64,000 bases of DNA, from NCBI GenBank assembly GCA_945874535.1, contig CAMCGZ010000002.1:73585-137584 (forward strand), given 5' to 3'. The notes below the pieces were generated by a model. That model was given only the letters and a program-made list of their open reading frames with translations. It was not told the origin of the DNA and made no database searches. Below, in pieces: positions 57,507 to 64,000 of this stretch. A program made the position numbers and the translations under genes. The number at the start of each line of letters is the position of its first letter. Positions within the stretch are counted from its first letter, which is position 1. The stretch is from Bdellovibrio sp. ZAP7. Lineage in GTDB: Bacteria > Bdellovibrionota > UBA1018 > CAIMNF01.

Positions 57507-58568
57507 ATGCTGAAGCATGTTTTTTCTGTAGTGGGTTTCTTGATCCTCTTGGCGGCTTGTTCCTCACCGCCACCTCCGCCTCCAGCCCTTCCCGACGGGG
57601 CGTTTTTGCGGATCCGCTCATTCATGAAGCAGGAGGAGTCCAAGTCTTTCCTCGAAGATGGATCGGGTTCCCGTGAGGTCGAAGTCTGGTACGCGACCAA
57701 TCGTGAGCAAGAGGGGGTTTTTCCGGCAGCATCGGTCAGTTTCGGTAAAGCCCTGGTCGAGGTTTCGGATGAGCGGAGTGTGGGGATACTGCCGTCCCGT
57801 ATCGGAGTGAGAGTCCCGACTCCACTCGAGGAATGGAAGAAGCAATTGGGAGGTTCGATCGAGTGGGGTGTTCTGGTCTTCACTCACGGTTTCAATGTGC
57901 GCTTCGAGGAGGCGATTCAACGAGCGGCTCAGTTGGCCGTTGACCTGAAGTTCCAGGGTCGCGTCGTCCTGCTATCGTGGCCCGCCGGTGGTAATGGCGG
58001 CTTGCTGGCGCAAACTCTGATCAACCGGACCTATGATCTGAATCGCAGACATGCGCTTTCCAGTGTCGAGCCTGCCACGCAGGTGCTTCGTGAATTATCG
58101 TCGCTTTGGATTCCGATGCAGGTGGTGGTGCATTCGATGGGACACGAGGTGATTTTACCTGCACTTTCCAGGCTTCCGACCGAGGCGGGGCGGGTCGTGG
58201 TTCAAGAACTCCTTCTGAACGCTCCGGATTTCGATCCCGACGAGTTCCGAAAAATCCTCCCGGCCCTGAAGGCCGTCACCGGACGTATCACGCTCTATTG
58301 CTCGGACAAGGATCATGCGATGACGGCTTCAAAAAAAGTGAATCACCAGGAACGTTTGGGCTCTTGCATCCGGCAGGAGGGCGTCGATGTGGTGAACGTC
58401 TCGGAGGTCGATGATCCCGGTCTCACCGGTCTGGGGCACGGTTATTATGCATCGCGTCCTGTGTTGACTGATGTCCGCCAAGTATTGTTTGGAGTCGGTG
58501 CGAAACAGCGCCTGTTCATCCGTAGAGCACCCGACGGGGCTCGCTCGGATTATATTTTGCGCAAGTAG
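57507..58568 (+). CDS. Alpha/beta hydrolase lipoprotein, DUF900-like
   Basis: Lipoprotein signal …FLILLAACSSPPPPPP; …VFTHGFN… and nucleophile elbow …VHSMGHEV…. Confidence 0.6.
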   Translation: MLKHVFSVVGFLILLAACSSPPPPPPALPDGAFLRIRSFMKQEESKSFLEDGSGSREVEVWYATNREQEGVFPAASVSFGKALVEVSDERSVGILPSRIGVRVPTPLEEWKKQLGGSIEWGVLVFTHGFNVRFEEAIQRAAQLAVDLKFQGRVVLLSWPAGGNGGLLAQTLINRTYDLNRRHALSSVEPATQVLRELSSLWIPMQVVVHSMGHEVILPALSRLPTEAGRVVVQELLLNAPDFDPDEFRKILPALKAVTGRITLYCSDKDHAMTASKKVNHQERLGSCIRQEGVDVVNVSEVDDPGLTGLGHGYYASRPVLTDVRQVLFGVGAKQRLFIRRAPDGARSDYILRK

Positions 58569-58599
58569 GCGTTTGGATTAAGCTCTCGCCAAGACATTT

Positions 58600-59553
58600 A
58601 TGGAAATTTTGATGGAGAATCCGACCATGTTGATTTTGGGTATCGTTCTTTTCGTAATCCTCGCGACGGGCATCACCACTGTGCAGCAGGGCACCGTGAC
58701 GGTGCTCACCTTGTTCGGCAAGTATTCGCGTACCCTCCGTGCCGGTTTGAATATCAAGATCCCTTTATTCGAACAGGTTTTCAGCAGAATTTCGCTGCAG
58801 AACCAGTCGATTGAACTTCAATTCCAGGCGGTGACCCAGGATCAGGCCAATGTGAACTTCAAGGCGATGCTCTTGTATTCAGTCAAGGACTCGGAAGAGC
58901 AGACGATCAAGAACGTTGCGTTCAAGTTCATGGACTACCGCAGCTTCATGCAAACCCTCTCCCGTTCGGTAGAGGGAAGCATTCGCTCTTTCGTGGCCAC
59001 CAAGCGCCAATCCGAGATCCTTTCACTCCGGACCGAAATCACCCATGCGGTGAAAGAAAACATGGATCAGCACCTCGAGGAGTGGGGTTACCACCTGATC
59101 GACCTCCAGGTGAACGACGTCACCTTCGACGAAGAAGTCATGCGTTCGATGAGCAAGGTCGTTGCAGCGAACAACATGAAGGCCGCGGCAGAGAACGAAG
59201 GTCAGGCGCTTTTGATCACCAAGACCAAGGCCGCCGAGGCTGAAGGTAACGCCATCCGTATTCAGGCCGAGGCCGAGATGAATGCTGCCATGCTTCGTGG
59301 TCAGGCTGTGGCCCGTTTCCGTGAGGAAGTGGCCCGCGGGATGAGTGCGGCCGCTGGCGAGATGCAAAAGAGCAATCTCGATGCGTCCTTCATTCTTTTC
59401 TCCATGTGGACAGAAGCGCTGAAAAACATCAGCGAGAACTCCACAGGAAACATACTGTTTTTCGACGGTTCAGTAGACGGGATGAGTAAGAACCTCAGGG
59501 ACTTGATGGCTCTCAATGCCAAGTCGCTCTTCGATGCACCGAAGAATTCATGA
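58600..59553 (+). CDS. SPFH/Band-7 (stomatin/prohibitin-like) membrane protein
   Basis: N-terminal TM then SPFH core, followed by an Ala/Glu-rich coiled coil (…AAENEGQALLITKTKAAEAEGNAIRIQAEAEMNA…). Confidence 0.8.
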   Translation: MEILMENPTMLILGIVLFVILATGITTVQQGTVTVLTLFGKYSRTLRAGLNIKIPLFEQVFSRISLQNQSIELQFQAVTQDQANVNFKAMLLYSVKDSEEQTIKNVAFKFMDYRSFMQTLSRSVEGSIRSFVATKRQSEILSLRTEITHAVKENMDQHLEEWGYHLIDLQVNDVTFDEEVMRSMSKVVAANNMKAAAENEGQALLITKTKAAEAEGNAIRIQAEAEMNAAMLRGQAVARFREEVARGMSAAAGEMQKSNLDASFILFSMWTEALKNISENSTGNILFFDGSVDGMSKNLRDLMALNAKSLFDAPKNS

Positions 59554-60662
59554 GTCAGCAAAAGCAGACATCTCCCTTTGATCCGAATGAGTTCGCGGAG
59601 TGGATGCTCGAAGGACTGAGAGAGACCCTGAAATACCGGGTCAGGCAGACCTTGAGTCGCGACCGCTGGGTCGAGGCAGTGAAAGCCAGGATTCCGAATC
59701 AGAACCAGGTTCTGCATTTCGCTCTCCGGCAGGCTTTTGAGCGGGCCGGGACCAGGTTCGAGGAGCTCAAGCAAGGCGATGCGGTATTTTATGTGATTCG
59801 AAAGGCCCTCAGGGAGGTTCCCCCGGGCGAGAAAATCAGGCGATTGGTTTTCGTTCCTGGGCTCGGGGATTCCCCCGGATCCTGGCTTCCGTTTTTCACC
59901 CTCAGTAAGGGTGAATTGACCCGGAAGTTTGACGAAGTCCTGGTGATCGACTTTCCGGGATACATGGGGTTCCTGTCTCATCACGAGATGGTGTCGTCGA
60001 TGGAAATCCTCCTCGGAGTCGTCAGGATGGTTTGCCAACTTTATCCACCGTCGGTGTTGATGGGGCATTCACTCGGGGCTTGGTTGGCTGGAAAGACCGC
60101 TCAGCAATTCCCGCAGGTGATTGACCAATTCATTGCCATCGCACCTTCCGGTTTGATCACCCCGGAGGAACGCAAAATTTTCGGGGATTTCATCGTCAGG
60201 AATCAGGGCCTCACTCTGGAAGAGCTCCTCGAGTTGATTGTTTACGATCCCAAGAAGTTCGGGCCTCTTTTGAATCGTGATTTCAAGGATTTTTACGAAA
60301 GACCCTCGATTAAAAATTTTGTGGATTCGGTTCGGGACGAACACTTTATCGACGGCAGTCAGCCGTTCATGGCCCGCAAGATCACCGTGATCTGGGGGGA
60401 TGCTGACCGGTTCGTGCCCACACACTGGGTGAGGAACTGGATCGAATCCTACGGGGAGTACCTCGATGCTTATTTGCTCAAAAAGACCGGGCACATTCCC
60501 CAGATGGAACGGCCGATGGTGACCTCGAAAGTTCTGGCCCACGCCTTGAACGGAGATCGATCCAATGAGGGATTCGGTTGGACGCGGATCCAGACGAGAC
60601 GGAATGAGTTCGATGGTGCCCGTCAGCCTGAATCTTCTGGCAGTCCGCGTTTGCTTAAATGA
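59550..60662 (+). CDS. Alpha/beta-fold hydrolase
   Basis: …VFVPGLGDSPGSW…; nucleophile …LMGHSLGAWLA…. Confidence 0.6.
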   Translation: MSQQKQTSPFDPNEFAEWMLEGLRETLKYRVRQTLSRDRWVEAVKARIPNQNQVLHFALRQAFERAGTRFEELKQGDAVFYVIRKALREVPPGEKIRRLVFVPGLGDSPGSWLPFFTLSKGELTRKFDEVLVIDFPGYMGFLSHHEMVSSMEILLGVVRMVCQLYPPSVLMGHSLGAWLAGKTAQQFPQVIDQFIAIAPSGLITPEERKIFGDFIVRNQGLTLEELLELIVYDPKKFGPLLNRDFKDFYERPSIKNFVDSVRDEHFIDGSQPFMARKITVIWGDADRFVPTHWVRNWIESYGEYLDAYLLKKTGHIPQMERPMVTSKVLAHALNGDRSNEGFGWTRIQTRRNEFDGARQPESSGSPRLLK

Positions 60663-61968
60663 ATTTGACGAGGTGGTAGTTCTTTTTTCCCTTGCGGAGG
60701 ACCAGAGCCGATCCGCCGATGAGGTGTGTGGTTTGAACGCTCAGGCTCGCATCCGTGATCCTCTCGTTGTTCAGGTAGACGCCCCCTGCGGGGATCTCCT
60801 TCCGGGCCGCTCCTTTGGATTGAAACAGGCCCGACTCAGCGAGCAAATCGACCAGGGGAAGGCCTGAGCCGAGACGGTCCCGTGGAAGCTCGGTGGACGG
60901 AGCATCGGCGAAGAGCTCACCCAGTGTGACGAGATCGAGATCCTTCAGTTCGGCACCGAAAAGGGCCCGTGTAGCGGCTTCCGCCCTTTGCAGGGCTTCT
61001 TCGCCATGCACCAAACGGGTCAATTCGCGTGCCAATGCGGTTTGGGCGGCTTTTTTCTCGGGCTCCCGTTCCAACTCGATCTTCAAGTCCTCTATCAGGT
61101 CCGCAGGCAGAAAGGTGAGGTAATTGAGCCAGGTGATCACCACACTGTCGGGAGATTGGATGAAGAACTGGTAGAACTGGTACGGAGACGTTTTTTCAGG
61201 CGACAGCCAGACAGCGCCCTTCTCGGTCTTTCCGAATTTCACACCGTCGGGGCGGGTGATGAGGGGATGGGTGAGACCGAAGGCCGGGAGAGGGGCATCC
61301 GCTGACGAGCCGTCGCCATGAGCCAGTTTCTTTCGGATGAGTTCGGTACCGGCTGTGATGTTGCCCCACTGGTCCGAAGCCCCGATTTGAAGGCTGCAGC
61401 CCGTTTGCTCGTGCAAGCAGTAAAAATCGTAGGCCTGAAGCAGCATGTACGAGAACTCAGTGTAAGAGATTCCATGGTCACGGTCTTCCATCCTCGAGCG
61501 AACCGAATCCTTCTGGGTCATGTGGTTCACCGTGAAGTATTTACCGACCTCACGGAGGAAGGTGAGCACATTCATGTGCCGGTAAAAGTCGCTATTGTCG
61601 ACGATGAGTGCCGCGTTCGGTGCATCCTTGGAAAAGTCGAGAAACTTTTCAGCCACCGTGCGGATACCGGCGAGATTCCTGGCGACTTGCTCGGGGGTCT
61701 GGAGATTCCGCTCCTGGGACTTTCCGCTCGGATCGCCCACCATGCCGGTCGCTCCGCCGAGCACAATGATGGGGCGGTGGCCCGCCATTTGGAAGCGGCG
61801 GAGAGTCAGAAGGGGGAACAGGCTGCCGACATGGAGGGAGTCACTGGTCGGATCGAAGCCGCAATACAGGGTCACTGGACCTTTTTCGAGGTGGTCTTTC
61901 AGGGACTCATCGGTGACCTGGTACAGGATTCCACGGGACTCAAGCTCGGAATAGATCGGGGTGCGCAT
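60655..61968 (-). CDS. tyrS: Tyrosine-tRNA ligase
   Basis: HIGH-type motif …DPTSDSLHVGSL…, KMSKS-type …KFGKT…, C-terminal S4 domain. Confidence 0.9.
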   Translation of the reverse strand: MRTPIYSELESRGILYQVTDESLKDHLEKGPVTLYCGFDPTSDSLHVGSLFPLLTLRRFQMAGHRPIIVLGGATGMVGDPSGKSQERNLQTPEQVARNLAGIRTVAEKFLDFSKDAPNAALIVDNSDFYRHMNVLTFLREVGKYFTVNHMTQKDSVRSRMEDRDHGISYTEFSYMLLQAYDFYCLHEQTGCSLQIGASDQWGNITAGTELIRKKLAHGDGSSADAPLPAFGLTHPLITRPDGVKFGKTEKGAVWLSPEKTSPYQFYQFFIQSPDSVVITWLNYLTFLPADLIEDLKIELEREPEKKAAQTALARELTRLVHGEEALQRAEAATRALFGAELKDLDLVTLGELFADAPSTELPRDRLGSGLPLVDLLAESGLFQSKGAARKEIPAGGVYLNNERITDASLSVQTTHLIGGSALVLRKGKKNYHLVKFI

Positions 61969-62002
61969 GGCCTGATCTTAATCCAAGTTCCGCGCTTCTG
62001 CA

Positions 62003-63109
62003 TTGACAAAAAGCCCTCTGAAATCGCAAGCTCAGGCCATGCCATTGCGTGGAATCCTTCTGGGGTTTTTGCTGTTCCAGAGCTTGCTCGGAGCCGGTGA
62101 AGTCCGGGCTGGTTGGCTCGAACGGAAGCTCATGGTGAACGGGGCCGGTGCGACCTTCCCGTACCCGCTTTATTCCCGTTGGTTTGCCGCTTATGAGAAA
62201 GTACACCCCGGGCTGGCCTTCAATTACCAGTCCATCGGGAGCGGGGGCGGAATCCGGCAACTTCTGGATCAAACAGTCGACTTCGGCGCCTCGGATGCCC
62301 CGATGTCGGATGAACAATTAAAAAAAGCAAAGTCACCGATTTTACATGTTCCAGCCACGATGGGTGCCGTTGTGCTGAGCTATCAGAAACCGGGTTTACA
62401 GAGTCCCCTCAAGCTTTCTGGCGATGTGATTGCGGATATTTTTCTAGGAAAGATCAATCGCTGGGCGGATCCTCGAATCGTCGATTTGAATCCGGCAGAA
62501 AAAGCGGTTCTCGAATCACCGGATCATCCGGATATTCTTGTGGTTCATCGGGCGGATGGAAGCGGAACCACCTCCATTTTTTCGGAGTATCTGTCGAAGT
62601 CGTCAGAAGAGTGGAAGAAGAGGGTCGGAAAAGGCTCGGCACTCCGTTGGCCGGTGGGCATCGGTGGCAAGGGGAATGAGGGAGTTACGAGTTTCATCAA
62701 GCAGATTCCCGGATCCATCGGTTATGTGGAATTGGTCTTTGCAAAAACTTTGAAACTGTCCGTTGCGTCTGTCAAAAATGCCAAGGGCGAATTCATCGAG
62801 CCTTCTCCGGCAAGTGTGACCCTTGCAGCGGAGGGGGCCCTTTCCGTCATTCCGGAGGATTTCCGTGCCTCCATCACCCTGGTAGCGGCCAAAGGTGCTT
62901 ATCCGATCAGTTCTTTCACTTACATCCTGGTTTATGACCGAACGCCGAAGGGGCCGGGAAGGGCCGCCCTGTTCGGCTTTCTCGATTGGGCATTGAGGCA
63001 GGGGCAAGAAATGAGTCCGGCCTTGAACTACGCGCCGTTGCCGGCGCCATTGGTCAAACGGGTGCTCGATCGTCTTGCCCGGAGTGAGCAGGAGATTTTG
63101 CGGCCATGA
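62003..63109 (+). CDS. pstS: Phosphate ABC transporter substrate-binding protein PstS
   Basis: Signal peptide; PBP type-2 fold motifs (…NGAGATFPYPLY…SIGSGGG…); followed by pstC. Confidence 0.85.
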   Translation: MTKSPLKSQAQAMPLRGILLGFLLFQSLLGAGEVRAGWLERKLMVNGAGATFPYPLYSRWFAAYEKVHPGLAFNYQSIGSGGGIRQLLDQTVDFGASDAPMSDEQLKKAKSPILHVPATMGAVVLSYQKPGLQSPLKLSGDVIADIFLGKINRWADPRIVDLNPAEKAVLESPDHPDILVVHRADGSGTTSIFSEYLSKSSEEWKKRVGKGSALRWPVGIGGKGNEGVTSFIKQIPGSIGYVELVFAKTLKLSVASVKNAKGEFIEPSPASVTLAAEGALSVIPEDFRASITLVAAKGAYPISSFTYILVYDRTPKGPGRAALFGFLDWALRQGQEMSPALNYAPLPAPLVKRVLDRLARSEQEILRP

Positions 63110-64000
63110 AAGACATCCCGGTCGAAAAGAATCTGGTCGACTTGTACTTCAGGCGGACTCTTTATGGATTCGCCGTTCTGGCTTTCCTGCTCCTCGGCGG
63201 GATGTTCGCGTTTCTCATCGACCTCGGGCTTCCCGCGTTCCGTGAAGTCGGTCCCGCCAATCTTCTTTCTTTGGAGTGGAATCCTCCGTTGAAGTCTTTT
63301 GGGATTCTCCCTTTTATTTATGGAACCCTGGTGAGCTCCCTGCTGGCGCTGTTGTTCTCTACGCCGGTGAGTATTGCGGCCGCGCTGTTTTTGACTGAAA
63401 TCGCACCCCGTCGGATCGGGGCGTTGTTCGGTTTTCTGGTCGAGATGCTCGCGGCGATTCCCAGCGTCGTTTACGGTCTGTGGGGTTTGTTTGTCGTGAT
63501 TCCCTGGCTCCGAACCTCCGTCGAACCCTTTCTCCGGGACAGGTTCGGATTCATTCCTCTTTTTTCAGGTCCGATTTACGGTGTTGGAATGCTGGCCGCG
63601 GGGTTGATTCTGGCGATCATGATCACGCCCACCATGACGGCGATTTGCAAAGAAGTGTTCCATGCCGTGCCCAGATCTTTGAAAGAGGGCGTCCTCGCCC
63701 TCGGTTCGACCCGGGCCGAGATGCTCTGGATCGGAGTCGTGTCGAGCTCCCGTTCGGGGATTCTGGGTGGGATGATTCTCGGATTGTCCCGGGCGCTCGG
63801 TGAGACCATGGCGGTGACCATGGTGATCGGGAACACCGCTGAGATTTCGATGTCCCTCTTCGCACCCCATCAGACCATGGCGAGTGCGGTCGCCTCGGAA
63901 GTGGCCGAAGCGACGGGAGTTCACCTTTCGGCACTCGGAGTGGTCGGTCTGGTCCTGCTGCTGATTTCCGGATTTTTGTTCTTGTTTCTGCGGCTTGCTT
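63106..64000 (+). CDS. pstC: Phosphate ABC transporter permease PstC (3' end beyond window)
   Basis: ATG at 63106 overlapping the pstS stop; open to window end; permease EAA-like region …LGSTRAEMLWIGVV…GGMILGLSRALGETMAV…. Confidence 0.8.
   Translation, partial: MKDIPVEKNLVDLYFRRTLYGFAVLAFLLLGGMFAFLIDLGLPAFREVGPANLLSLEWNPPLKSFGILPFIYGTLVSSLLALLFSTPVSIAAALFLTEIAPRRIGALFGFLVEMLAAIPSVVYGLWGLFVVIPWLRTSVEPFLRDRFGFIPLFSGPIYGVGMLAAGLILAIMITPTMTAICKEVFHAVPRSLKEGVLALGSTRAEMLWIGVVSSSRSGILGGMILGLSRALGETMAVTMVIGNTAEISMSLFAPHQTMASAVASEVAEATGVHLSALGVVGLVLLLISGFLFLFLRLA

Noticed and set aside
57265-57883. Minus-strand ORFs 57265..57621 and 57272..57883 overlapping the tRNA-Leu 3' part and attR
   Set aside because: They overlap a tRNA and the supported DUF900 hydrolase gene on the opposite strand, with Gly/Arg/Pro-rich translations.

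Overview
This 64-kb window is a high-GC, gene-dense stretch of a Gram-negative chromosome. The Gram-negative call rests on gene content: LptE-like lipoprotein, MlaF-like ABC ATPase, MreC/MreD/PBP2/RodA, FtsH, cdaA-cdaR-glmM-pdxJ-nnr-tsaE, an Rrf2/cysteine-desulfurase/tRNA-modification cluster, rnc-era-der, and pstS-pstC. Taxon assignment (Bdellovibrionota/Oligoflexia-like) is inference only. About 70 protein genes are supportable; most are housekeeping and many neighbours are translationally coupled with 1-4 nt overlaps. The six-frame track also contains many long antisense 'shadow' ORFs typical of high-GC DNA, and I rejected those. No CRISPR array and no rRNA were seen.

Two tRNA-associated anomalies are the main results.

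1. A host tRNA-Leu(UAA) gene at 52,988-57,460 is physically split by a 4,357-bp insert (53,027-57,383) that is visibly more AT-rich than its surroundings. The insert is bounded by a perfect 27-bp direct repeat corresponding to tRNA nucleotides 13-39 (D-loop to anticodon loop). It carries:
- a tyrosine integrase;
- an Xis/AlpA-like HTH protein;
- a secreted legumain-like (peptidase C13) protein with a secreted partner;
- its own, sequence-divergent tRNA-Leu(UAA) gene. That gene is interrupted in the anticodon loop (after U34) by a ~238-nt group I intron with a recognisable P7 pairing (R ...GTAGAGACTAGATACC..., S AAGATATAGTCC).
The element therefore appears to destroy and simultaneously replace the host tRNA-Leu(UAA).

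2. At the left edge there is a tRNA-Cys(GCA) on the minus strand (971-1046). A perfect 22-bp direct repeat of its 3' end lies 228 bp away (742-763), beside a 5'-truncated DUF4143 AAA-ATPase gene and a long inverted repeat (618-719). This looks like an att-site remnant or a second integration hotspot.
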